In this document: positions 33,608-42,287 of the stretch, in pieces
Position numbering within the stretch: position 1 is the first letter of the stretch
How the letters are laid out: each line of letters begins with the position of its first letter
Assembly (NCBI GenBank): GCA_035529075.1
Contig: DATKXK010000014.1
Coordinates: 76,264 to 140,263, forward strand
Direction of reading: 5' to 3'
Origin: Acidobacteriota bacterium
Lineage (GTDB): Bacteria; Zixibacteria; MSB-5A5; GN15; FEB-12
DNA length: 64,000 nt
Notes under the pieces: model-generated
What the model saw: the letters and a program-made list of their open reading frames with translations, nothing else
Databases searched by the model: none
What the model was told of the DNA's origin: nothing
Translations under genes and position numbers: made by a program

Positions 33608-35609
33608 GTTCCTCCAGCCGCTCCATCACCAAAGGTGCCAGGGGGTCCCCGGGGGCAAGAACGACGAACCTTTCATAGCATTCGGTCGCACGCCTGAACT
33701 CTCCTCTGCGCTCGGCAAGGTTCCCCTTCACCAGGTACGGCTGGGCCAGGGTCGAATCCATGGCGAGCAGCCGGGAGGCCGCAGAGTCGGCCAGGTCAAC
33801 TTGACCGGTGCGGCTGGCCAGGAACATGTGGTCGACAAGAATGTCCTTGTCGTTCGGAAAGATCCGCAGCGCCCTCTCCATGGCCGCGAACGCTTCGCGC
33901 ACACGCCCCGTATTACGATAGTAGGTGTACAGATTCGAGTGACAGTTCTTGCGGTACGGGGCCAGCATCAGGCAGGTGTCAATCTGGGGTTTGGCCAGGT
34001 CCGGCTGACCATCGTTTAACAGAACGGCCGCCGTTATCTCCCTCGGCTCGAGCCAGTATGGATGCCTGGCGATAATGCGATGCAGGATGGGCAGCGCGTC
34101 GTTAACCTTTCCCGCGGCCGCGAGTTCCGTGCACCCGCGGAGGTTCAGGATATCGGGGGATTTTATCGGCAGGTCCACTTCCCACTTGTCGGCCTTGGTG
34201 AAGTCCCGGTTGTAGAAGTAGGCGTCACGAAAGGCATAACCGCCGATACGGTGAAAGGCATCGTGCTTGTCAAAATAGTCTTCCGCGTACGGCGCCGCCC
34301 GGTCAATCGCCGTGTACGCCGGCGCGTAGGCAAGCGGTAACCAAACGCAGGCGACGGCCAGCGCGGACGTGAGCCGCAGCGACCTCATGCTGTCATTGTT
34401 CAGCCGGCTGAGGACAAGGACAAACAGGAACGAGAACGGGGTCAGGTAGGCGACCAGTCGCGGGGCGTCAACGACAATGGAGTCGACCGGGTTAAGAACA
34501 AAAACCACGGTAACCCCGGCCACGGCCGTGAGCCATGCCGCCATGCCGGCCGGGCCCGGCTTCATCCAGACTCGCGACGCAAAGGCAACGAGCTTCATGA
34601 CTATCGCAAGAGGGGCAAACAGAAAGAACAACTGAAAGATATCCCCGATCCTCCTCGGTGAGAAGAGACCGTAGTCGGTGTGAGGCGGCCCGGCCACCGG
34701 GAACAGGATAAAGGCCGAGAATTCCAGTGAATTGTGCGCCTGGCGATACAGCAGGACGACCAGAGCCACGTAGGCGACCGCCGAGAACAGGAAGGCCAGG
34801 TGGGATCGCGCTTTCTGCCGGCCGGGAGTCGCGATAGTCAGGTAGACGGCGGCCGGGACCAGGAAGGCAAGGGTATAGTGAATGATAATCCCGCCCAGTA
34901 CGATTCCCCACAAGGCCGCCAGCCGGCCGGGACGGAATTGCCGTTCCAGACGCACGGCCAGCAGACAGAACCAGATGGTTACCGCCACGATCAGCGGCTC
35001 CACGCCCACGAAACCGAGATACAGTATCGTCTGCGGTCCAAAGAGAAGGATGACAAACCAGAAGAAACGACGGGCGCGGTCTTCGGTCAGTTCCGACACG
35101 ATCCGGGCAGCTCCCACGAGTGATGCCGCGGCCGCTCCGAAGGAGATGATGCGCCAGGCTATTCCTGCCGCCGTGTCGGCTCTGGCCGCAAACGGCAGGA
35201 TCACTTTGTAGACGGCCGCAGCCAGACCCACGGCGCCGAATTCGAACCAGCGAAACATGATCCTGGGAACCTGTGATATCTGGGCCACGCGGAGGTTTCC
35301 GCCGCCGTACACGATGGAATCGAAACGGAACAGAACAAACAGGACAAAGAGCACGATCAGGCCGATGACGACGACGCGCCCGGAGGTAAGGGCGCTGCCG
35401 AGGCGCGCGGCGAATCTCCATACGAGCAACATGGCCGCCGCCAGAAGGACCAGCCACAGGTAGCCGTACCACCCGGGCAGGTACCCCCAGTGACTGAACG
35501 ACCAGTTGTTCTCGAACAATCCGGCGAGGAAGGCGTGCCCCGAGTACCACGCAAGCATGACTACGGCCAGCAGAACGAGACCCAGGGTGTGAACGGAGCG
35601 TGAAGTCAT
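33582..35609 (-). CDS. Polytopic membrane protein with C-terminal TPR repeats (possibly a glycosyltransferase-C-fold or oligosaccharyl-lipid-utilising enzyme)
   Basis: More than 10 hydrophobic helices in the first roughly 420 aa, then TPR-like repeats (AAGKVNDALPILHRIIARHPYW..., REAFAAMERALRIFPND..., EFRRATECYERFVVLAPGDP). Confidence 0.6.
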   Translation of the reverse strand: MTSRSVHTLGLVLLAVVMLAWYSGHAFLAGLFENNWSFSHWGYLPGWYGYLWLVLLAAAMLLVWRFAARLGSALTSGRVVVIGLIVLFVLFVLFRFDSIVYGGGNLRVAQISQVPRIMFRWFEFGAVGLAAAVYKVILPFAARADTAAGIAWRIISFGAAAASLVGAARIVSELTEDRARRFFWFVILLFGPQTILYLGFVGVEPLIVAVTIWFCLLAVRLERQFRPGRLAALWGIVLGGIIIHYTLAFLVPAAVYLTIATPGRQKARSHLAFLFSAVAYVALVVLLYRQAHNSLEFSAFILFPVAGPPHTDYGLFSPRRIGDIFQLFFLFAPLAIVMKLVAFASRVWMKPGPAGMAAWLTAVAGVTVVFVLNPVDSIVVDAPRLVAYLTPFSFLFVLVLSRLNNDSMRSLRLTSALAVACVWLPLAYAPAYTAIDRAAPYAEDYFDKHDAFHRIGGYAFRDAYFYNRDFTKADKWEVDLPIKSPDILNLRGCTELAAAGKVNDALPILHRIIARHPYWLEPREITAAVLLNDGQPDLAKPQIDTCLMLAPYRKNCHSNLYTYYRNTGRVREAFAAMERALRIFPNDKDILVDHMFLASRTGQVDLADSAASRLLAMDSTLAQPYLVKGNLAERRGEFRRATECYERFVVLAPGDPLAPLVMERLEELNQRLDEN

Positions 35610-35617
35610 GTCGTTCT

Positions 35618-36214
35618 CTATAGTTCCTGGCGGCCGTCGAGGGCTCGTGACAGAGTGACCGAATCGGCGTACTCGAGGTCGGACCCGACCGGCAAGCCCC
35701 GCGCGATTCTCGTTACTTTGACGCTCATGGGCTTAATCAATCCGGAAAGATACGCGGCCGTGGCTTCCCCTTCGACGTTCGGGTTGGTGGCGAGGATGAT
35801 TTCCGTGACCCCGTCCTTGAGGCGGGTTATCAGTCCCTCGATCTTGAGATCGTCGGGGCCTATGCCGTCGAGCGGGGACAGCCGCCCCCCGAGCACGTGA
35901 AACAGGCCGTTGTACCCCTCGACTTTGTCCATGGCGGCGGCGTCGGTTGCCTCCTCCACCACGCAGATGACGCTCCTGTTTCGATTGGCGTCGGTGCACA
36001 CGCGGCACGGGTCGGTCTCGGAGACGTTGTTGCAGACGGAGCAGAAACTGACCTTGTCCTTGACCTCGCGGATGAGGTCAGCCAGTTCGCAGGCCTCCTC
36101 CCGCGACAGCTTGAGGATATAGAAGGCCAGCCTGACGGCCGACTTGCGCCCGATACCGGGCAGGCGGGACAGCCAGTTGACGAGCCGTTCTACGGATCCC
36201 GCGGAGTCAAACAT
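35618..36214 (-). CDS. recR: Recombination protein RecR
   Basis: LPGIGRKSAVRLAFYIL helix-hairpin-helix, C4 zinc finger CSVCNNVSETDPCRVC, and Toprim segment ICVVEEATD. Confidence 0.92.
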   Translation of the reverse strand: MFDSAGSVERLVNWLSRLPGIGRKSAVRLAFYILKLSREEACELADLIREVKDKVSFCSVCNNVSETDPCRVCTDANRNRSVICVVEEATDAAAMDKVEGYNGLFHVLGGRLSPLDGIGPDDLKIEGLITRLKDGVTEIILATNPNVEGEATAAYLSGLIKPMSVKVTRIARGLPVGSDLEYADSVTLSRALDGRQEL

Positions 36215-36228
36215 GGTTCAGGCGCATC

Positions 36229-36555
36229 TCAAAAGGGAAGGCTTATGCCCGGGATTTTGATGCCGCCCGTCAGAGCCGACATCTGTTCAGCTTGCAGTTC
36301 CTGTACCTTTTCACGCGCCTGGTTGACGGCTGCCATGATGAGGTCCTGGAGCATTTCGACATCGTCCTTGTTCACAACCTCCGGGTCGATGGACATCGAC
36401 AGGATTTCGTTCTTGCCATTCACGGTCACTTTCACCATGCCGCCGCCGGCGGAGGCCTCCACCTCTGCGGCTTCGAGCTCGGCCTGCACCTGGGCCATCT
36501 TGCTCTGCATCTTCTGGACCTGTTTCATCATGTCGCCCAGACCGCCCTTTGTCAT
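36229..36555 (-). CDS. ybaB: Nucleoid-associated protein YbaB/EbfC
   Basis: MMKQVQKMQSKMAQVQAELE...GGGMVKVTVNGKNEILSMSIDPEVV. Located between dnaX and recR. Confidence 0.9.
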   Translation of the reverse strand: MTKGGLGDMMKQVQKMQSKMAQVQAELEAAEVEASAGGGMVKVTVNGKNEILSMSIDPEVVNKDDVEMLQDLIMAAVNQAREKVQELQAEQMSALTGGIKIPGISLPF

Positions 36556-36586
36556 AGATATGCTCCTCTGCTTGCCATTTTGAACG

Positions 36587-38275
36587 CTACTGTATTTTTT
36601 TTACACCTATGATTTCACCATCGACCAGTTTCAACAGTTTCTTCAGACGCGGGGATCGCTTGACCAGGTCCCCGGAGTTGATCCCGGCGGACGGGCCCTC
36701 GTCGTGATCCCCGGCAGGTTGCGAGTTGTTGCGGTCCCTCTCAACCGTAAGGCGCAGGTTGGCCTTGTAGTGCTCTCGCAGCAGCCTGGTAATCAGGCCG
36801 CTGTTCTCCGGCTTGCTGACCAGTTGCAGTGACGGTTCCACGGCCCCGGAAAAGACAAGGACCAGCTCATTATCCTGAACTGAACGGATAACGGCCATGC
36901 TCAACTGGGATGCCAGCATCCGGTTGTCGTTTCGCAGGTAGGCCAGGAAATTCTCCCAGCCGGCCTTCACCTGCGCAAGATTGATCGACCGGGAGTAGGC
37001 GGACGGATCGGCGGTCGGCCGGGTCTCATCCGGGACGGGCGGCTGTCCAGCCGCTCGACCTAAGGGATTTTTTTTTTGAGAAGGTTCGGCGAATATATCG
37101 GGTTGACCGGTATCCTCGGCCGGGGCGGCCCCCGGCGCTTCCGCGTCCGACGAGATTCGGGCCAGCACTTCTTCCAGTCGCACCGTTGATTCCAGTTCAG
37201 CCATCTTCACGGCCGTGATTTCGAGAAGCAGACGCTGGTCCAGACCGGATCTGAGGTCGGCATTGAGGTCAGCGACCATCTTCATCAGGCGCAGGACATC
37301 TCCCACCGTGAAGTCCACCGCCTGGGTCTTATACTCGTTCAATTCCGCGTCCGGCAGGTTCAGCAGCTCGGCCGCGTTCTCGTCGGTGGCCAGCACCAGC
37401 AAGGACCGCAGGTGGTCCAGCAGTTCAGCCACGAAATCGCCGACGTCTACGCCGCCCTCAAAGAGCTCCTTGATCAGGTGCAGGGCTTCGGCCTTGTCCG
37501 CCTTTGCCACGGACGTCACGAATTTGAACAGAAACCTGCGGTCCACCAGGCCCAGGGCGCTGACAACGTCGATTTCCGAGATGTTGTCACCGGCGAAGGC
37601 GGCAATCTGGTCGAGAAGCGACAGGGCATCGCGGACCGAACCGTCAGCCTTGCGCGCCAGCAGGTTCAGCGACGCCTCGTCGACGCGGAGGTTTTCCTGC
37701 CGGGCGATACTTTTCAGGTGCGACGCCAGGTCGTCCACCGAGACGCGCCGGAAGTCGAATCGCTGTGTGCGCGAAAGGATTGTCTCCGGCACTTTCAGCG
37801 GTTCGGTCGTGGCGAACACGAATATCACGTGCGGCGGCGGCTCTTCGAGCGTTTTGAGCAAAGCATCGAAAGCCGAGCCGGAGAGGCGATGGACTTCGTC
37901 GATTATGTAAATCCGTTTCTTGCCGCCGGTCGGGAGGTACCGGACGTTCTCGCGGAGCGTTCTGATGTCGTCGACGCCCGTGTTCGAAGCCGCGTCGATT
38001 TCCAGGACGTCCAGCGATGAACCGGCGGTGATCTCGACGCAGGCGGGGCACTCCCCGCACGGCGTTTCGGTGGGACCGTTGACGCAGTTTGTGGCCTTGG
38101 CCAGGATACGGGCCACCGTCGTCTTGCCCGTCCCGCGCGGTCCGCAGAAGAGGTAGGCTGAGCCGATGCGGTCGTTCTTCAGCGCGTTGCGCAGGGTGCG
38201 GGTGACATGTTCTTGTGCCACAACGGACTCGAACGTCTGCGGACGGTACTTCCGGGCAAATACCAGGTAGCTCAT
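36587..38275 (-). CDS. dnaX: DNA polymerase III subunits tau/gamma
   Basis: FARKYRPQTFESVVAQEHV, Walker A GPRGTGKTT, Zn module CVNGPTETPCGECPACVEI, and IIDEVHRLS. The start is ATG at the complement of 38275; the track ORF extends to 38329. Confidence 0.92.
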   Translation of the reverse strand: MSYLVFARKYRPQTFESVVAQEHVTRTLRNALKNDRIGSAYLFCGPRGTGKTTVARILAKATNCVNGPTETPCGECPACVEITAGSSLDVLEIDAASNTGVDDIRTLRENVRYLPTGGKKRIYIIDEVHRLSGSAFDALLKTLEEPPPHVIFVFATTEPLKVPETILSRTQRFDFRRVSVDDLASHLKSIARQENLRVDEASLNLLARKADGSVRDALSLLDQIAAFAGDNISEIDVVSALGLVDRRFLFKFVTSVAKADKAEALHLIKELFEGGVDVGDFVAELLDHLRSLLVLATDENAAELLNLPDAELNEYKTQAVDFTVGDVLRLMKMVADLNADLRSGLDQRLLLEITAVKMAELESTVRLEEVLARISSDAEAPGAAPAEDTGQPDIFAEPSQKKNPLGRAAGQPPVPDETRPTADPSAYSRSINLAQVKAGWENFLAYLRNDNRMLASQLSMAVIRSVQDNELVLVFSGAVEPSLQLVSKPENSGLITRLLREHYKANLRLTVERDRNNSQPAGDHDEGPSAGINSGDLVKRSPRLKKLLKLVDGEIIGVKKIQ

Positions 38276-38425
38276 GGTGCCGGAATATACTGAAAAACAC
38301 CTTCGGGGGGAATCATATTTTGACGACACTTTGCCGCACGGGCAGCTAGTTCCTTGTTGACAAAGGGGCTTCAGCAGTCGTCATAGCGATGAGGACTATC
38401 AGGTACGGATCGCTTCGGAGTCGAG

Positions 38426-38998
38426 ATGGACAGCGCCAGGAGGATAACAGCCGCGATCAGCGCTGTCATATTACTCTCGTCTGTCAGTGTCCTCGCCGTT
38501 TTGCCTTACGCCCCGAAAAGCAAAGGACTGGTGGGGATCAGGGCGGGTATCATCGGCCGGGCCACCATTGATTATGGGGCGGAACGCAACCTTCAGTCCA
38601 TGATTGATCTCTCCCTGGGACTGTTCTGGGAGGTCCCGTTCACGCGTCACGCCTACTCCGGTATCTGGATTGACGGGCATAACATCGAGGCCGCCGGCCA
38701 GCAGCAGTTTCTTCTGGACGTCTCCCTGCCGGTCGCGTACGCGTACGAATTCCCGCGGGCTCGCATGCTGCTCAGACCGGTGATCGCGTTCGGCTTGGGT
38801 CATCTGGCCAATATCACGTTCATGGACGCCACCAGCTACCTGACGATTAAGGTCCTCGTGCAGCTTCACTTTCTCCTGCCCAAGCAGCGTGCATGGATAA
38901 TCGAATTGGGGGTGTTCCACGCGCCCGTCGGGGGCAACAGCAAACTTGACGTATCGATCGGGCCGGCGGTGCTGCTGCGCCTCGGCTACGTGCTCTGA
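38426..38998 (+). CDS. Small putative outer-membrane beta-barrel protein, paralogue 1 of 3
   Basis: Signal-like ITAAISAVILLSSVSVLAV. Alternating amphipathic strands. The C-terminus LLRLGYVL aligns with paralogue ends MLRFGVVL and LIRAGIVF. Confidence 0.55.
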   Translation: MDSARRITAAISAVILLSSVSVLAVLPYAPKSKGLVGIRAGIIGRATIDYGAERNLQSMIDLSLGLFWEVPFTRHAYSGIWIDGHNIEAAGQQQFLLDVSLPVAYAYEFPRARMLLRPVIAFGLGHLANITFMDATSYLTIKVLVQLHFLLPKQRAWIIELGVFHAPVGGNSKLDVSIGPAVLLRLGYVL

Positions 38999-39120
38999 TA
39001 TTCTGCGAGTCCCCGGCGGGGCGGGCCGTTCGCTGAACACCAATTGGTGTTTGACAGTGCTCGTCTTTTGCCCCTTATTGACTTCTGAACGTGGCTTTCA
39101 AACAAGGGGGAGGTATCAAG

Positions 39121-39741
39121 ATGACAGCAACAGCACGCACTTTGTGCCTGGCCGGCCTGGGCGCACTTTTTCTGGTGTCTTCGTCTCCATGCGACGCCCT
39201 CGGCCAGGAGAAGTCTACACGCCGCCGGGGATACGTCGGCTTCAAGGTCGGGATGATCGGATGGGGCGAGGTCAGAATCAAGCCGATCAACAGCAACTCC
39301 GAAACCACGCTTAATACGGAGGAGAGTTACAGCCTCGGCGTTTTTGGCGATGTCTGGTCCCGGTCCGCGATGTCACTCGGAATCTCGATTGACATTTCTG
39401 ATGTCAAGAGCCAGGTTGCACCCGATGCCAACGAGATGCTCCTGGAGTTCGGTGCTCACGTGAGCCGGAGATTCGCCACCCCGGACGGCCGGCTGGTGTT
39501 CAGGGCTGCCAGCGGGTTTGGATACGGGATAATGAAAGAGATTCAGGTCAATAACGCTGTAATCGTTGATGCAACGCATTACCTGACCTTTCGCCTGTTC
39601 GGCGAATTGGCCCTCCTGAGCGCCAGCGGGCACGGCGTGCTGGGGGAAGTTGGGTGGCTGTGGGCTGTTGACGGGGGCAATGCTGGTGCCGTGGTCACAG
39701 CGGGTCCCATGTGGATGTTGCGATTTGGCGTAGTTCTATGA
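39121..39741 (+). CDS. Small putative outer-membrane beta-barrel protein, paralogue 2 of 3
   Basis: GGGGGAGG precedes ATG 39121. Signal peptide MTATARTLCLAGLGALFLVSSSPCDA. YVGFKVGMIGWG matches LAGLKVGWLAPG and LVGIRAGIIGRA in the siblings. Confidence 0.55.
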   Translation: MTATARTLCLAGLGALFLVSSSPCDALGQEKSTRRRGYVGFKVGMIGWGEVRIKPINSNSETTLNTEESYSLGVFGDVWSRSAMSLGISIDISDVKSQVAPDANEMLLEFGAHVSRRFATPDGRLVFRAASGFGYGIMKEIQVNNAVIVDATHYLTFRLFGELALLSASGHGVLGEVGWLWAVDGGNAGAVVTAGPMWMLRFGVVL

Positions 39742-40355
39742 AACTGCCGCTCCTCTACAACGGCGCCCTTGGACCGGGTCGCCTGCTGATTCTCTGCCTG
39801 ATTGCGCACGCATGGGTGTTGGCACCCGGGAGCAACGCCGTTGAGATAGAAGCCGACGAGCGGCTCGCCGGCCTCAAAGTTGGCTGGCTGGCTCCCGGTA
39901 CGGTAAAGATCGACGGTGTTGAGCACGAAACCAGGGGCACATATTCGTTCGGTGCCTTCTTTGACTTCCCGATGGGTCGCGGGTTTCACTACGGGTTCGC
40001 CGTTGATTTTCACCATATGTCGTGGGATATCCACGTTGGGCCGGGAGCCTGCGTTTCCGGCAACACGCTGATCGATATCAGCGCCGGCCTTAAGATGCTG
40101 CTGGCGCCCGCCGGCGGTCGCGTGGCCCTGCGACCGGGGGTGGCAGTCGGGTTCGGCTTCGTACGAAACCCCGAGCGATTAACAGGCTCGAACTACCTGG
40201 CAATCCGGGCCGGCATGGAATTGCTGGTCGCCCCGGATAGCCGTCTGGGCCTGCTTTCAGAAGTGGCTGTCTGGTATACGCCGACGGGATCCAATGGCGA
40301 GGTCGATATAATAATCGGGCCGCTGCTTTTGATCCGGGCAGGGATTGTGTTTTAG
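39738..40355 (+). CDS. Small putative outer-membrane beta-barrel protein, paralogue 3 of 3
   Basis: ATGA overlap with paralogue 2. Signal peptide MKLPLLYNGALGPGRLLILCLIAHAWVLAPGSNA. C-terminal Phe. Confidence 0.55.
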   Translation: MKLPLLYNGALGPGRLLILCLIAHAWVLAPGSNAVEIEADERLAGLKVGWLAPGTVKIDGVEHETRGTYSFGAFFDFPMGRGFHYGFAVDFHHMSWDIHVGPGACVSGNTLIDISAGLKMLLAPAGGRVALRPGVAVGFGFVRNPERLTGSNYLAIRAGMELLVAPDSRLGLLSEVAVWYTPTGSNGEVDIIIGPLLLIRAGIVF

Positions 40356-40483
40356 GCAGCCGGGCGCGGATGCTCACAGATCCTGAAATTGAAAAACCAC
40401 TTGGCGGTTGCTGCCCGTTGTGTTATTGTATAAGCCCGAAAATTGGAGATGAGGCCGGCCTGACTCGGGACCGGCATAAGTAC

Positions 40484-40556
40484 GGGGCAGTAGCTCAGTT
40501 GGGAGAGCGCTACGTTCGCAACGTAGAGGTCGTCGGTTCGATCCCGATCTGCTCCA
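40484..40556 (+). tRNA. tRNA-Ala (anticodon CGC)
   Basis: Acceptor stem GGGGCAG/CTGCTCC with the G3:U70 alanine identity pair. Anticodon stem CTACG/CGTAG with loop TTCGCAA. T-arm GGTTCGATCCC. CCA is not encoded. Confidence 0.9.
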
Positions 40557-40599
40557 CAAAAATCGAGATGCCGCCTCCGGTCCTCGGGGGCGGCAAAGC

Positions 40600-40866
40600 C
40601 ATGTGCTAGATGGGGAGTTAGCGGTGCCCTGTAACCCGGAATCCGCTATACCGGGGTTGAATTCCCACCCGAGGGTTTAGCGACCGTTTGACCCCGCCGG
40701 GCAAGCGGTGTTGACGCCCGGGTCCCGTGCAGCGCGAGCCTCTGAAACCCGTCAGGACCGGAAGGTAGCAGCGGTAAGGAGTCCCTGGCGCGTGTTGCGG
40801 GTCAGCCCGGTCCGAGCTGGCTGTCCGCCGGATCATTCGTGAGCGGCTCGGAGGTGGGTGCACACA
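40600..40866 (+). ncRNA. ffs: Signal recognition particle RNA, long form with Alu-like domain (about 267 nt)
   Basis: Domain IV motif GTCAGGACCGGAAGGTAGCAGC. The 5' region GTGCTAGATGGGGAGTTAGCGGTGCCCTGTAACCCGGAATCCGCT closely resembles the Bacillus-type Alu domain as I recall it. TGTGC (40602-40606) pairs with GCACA (40860-64). A GC hairpin lies at 40873-40898. Confidence 0.8.
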
Positions 40867-41028
40867 AACCTGGAGCCCGCCGGCAATGCCGGCGGGCTCG
40901 TCTGGTTTCAATGCCCCGTCGCTTGATGCAACCCGGGCGTCCGGTTACCCGTAACGTTTAGTATACAATCTATGCCGGTCGACTTCCGACCGGCCGATCG
41001 TACGGGACCCGTGGGGAGAAACAGTCAT

Positions 41029-41289
41029 ATGGCAAGAGCGATCCTTATAATCTTCATTGTAGTGCTCCTCGCATTTATCCTGGGCAGCAGCGGATGCGGC
41101 CTGCTCCTCGGTACGGCAGGCGGTGTGACGGCGGTAGCCGTCAGCACGGTTGCAGCGGGCGTGGGAGCAATCGCCGGCGTGTTTGGCGTCGTCATCGGGC
41201 TTGTGGCCGGCCTGGCGTCGCTGGTGCTCCCGGTGATTATCATCGCCCTGTTGATTGTGGGCGTGCTAAAGTTGATGGGGAGCTGGTAA
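41029..41289 (+). CDS. Small Gly/Ala/Val-rich membrane protein
   Basis: MARAILIIFIVVLLAFILGSSGC, then repeated GxxxG/A-type hydrophobic segments. No homology recognised. Confidence 0.4.
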   Translation: MARAILIIFIVVLLAFILGSSGCGLLLGTAGGVTAVAVSTVAAGVGAIAGVFGVVIGLVAGLASLVLPVIIIALLIVGVLKLMGSW

Positions 41290-41414
41290 GACCGGGTCAG
41301 TGACCCTGGCGTCGGCCGGCGGTCTGATGTCGGCTGCTCGGCTTGCGCCATAGTTGGGTGAATTCCGGGGCTTCGGGACGCTTCGGAGTCTGATCGTGTC
41401 CCACCGACAAACGA

Positions 41415-41443
41415 TTGACAACGGGTACGATCTTACTTATGTT
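41415..41443 (+). promoter_or_regulatory. Sigma-70-like promoter TTGACA-N17-TATGTT, about 210 nt upstream of the CBS gene
   Basis: TTGACA at 41415-41420 and TATGTT at 41438-41443. Confidence 0.35.
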
Positions 41444-41654
41444 GGTTGCGGCAAGGTCTTCACGGCCGTACTCTCTTTACAGGCCTTCTTTCCGCAAGAA
41501 TGCGGCCGGGCGACAAAGGGTTCGCTGAAAACCTTTGCCTGTCTGGTCGCTGTCTGGTAAAGTAGTCTCCGGACAAGAACATACGGGGAGGCATCTTTCC
41601 GGCAGTCAGTCGCCAGGGAACCATTCGAATCGTCATTTGCAGAAAGGTTTGAAT

Positions 41655-42110
41655 ATGCTCGTAAAAACCCTCCTGGATCGCAAGCCAAGGAAGATCATTA
41701 CTATCGGTGCCATCGCCGCGATTGATGAGGCGATGGATCTACTCATCAGCAACAGGATCGGGTGTCTGCCGGTGGTCGACAATGAAGGCAAGCTCGTCGG
41801 TATTATCAGCGACAAGGACATCTTCAAGAAGGTCTACGAAACAAAGGGGGACTACCACTCGCTGAAGGTCGGCGACGTGATGACGGCCGACCTGATTATC
41901 GGGTTGCTCGAAGATGAGATCACGTACATCGCCGGGATCATGGACAAGAACTGGATACGCCACGTCCCCATTGTCGAAGGGGAGCGTCTGGTCGGTCTGG
42001 TCTCGCTGGGGGATATCATTCAGGTACAGACGGAAGCCACCGAGGTGGAGAATCGGTATCTCCAGATGTACATGGACAGCCTCCACCGGCGCGATATGTC
42101 GGGCGATTGA
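41655..42110 (+). CDS. CBS-pair domain protein
   Basis: Two CBS motifs: IGCLPVVDNEGKLVGIISDKDIF and IRHVPIVEGERLVGLVSLGDII. ATG 41655 is chosen over the track start at 41535. Confidence 0.8.
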   Translation: MLVKTLLDRKPRKIITIGAIAAIDEAMDLLISNRIGCLPVVDNEGKLVGIISDKDIFKKVYETKGDYHSLKVGDVMTADLIIGLLEDEITYIAGIMDKNWIRHVPIVEGERLVGLVSLGDIIQVQTEATEVENRYLQMYMDSLHRRDMSGD

Positions 42111-42287
42111 GGACGGGCGGCTCCGCCCGGGTTAGATACGGGATGAGTCACCGCCGGTCTGCCCGGCGGCAAAGATCTGGCGGGCGGCAGGACCGGATAT
42201 CAAGGCGCGCTGACGACTGTCGGCGGGCCTTTTTCGCTGAGCCTTCGGCCGGGCGGCCGGCCCTGGATTGAAGTTGCGAATCGGACG

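Noticed and set aside
40356-40600. tRNA-Ala as a possible integration hotspot or genomic-island border
   Set aside because: There is no integrase, no direct repeat of the tRNA 3' end and no compositional break that I could see. The flanks are a beta-barrel paralogue array and the SRP RNA.
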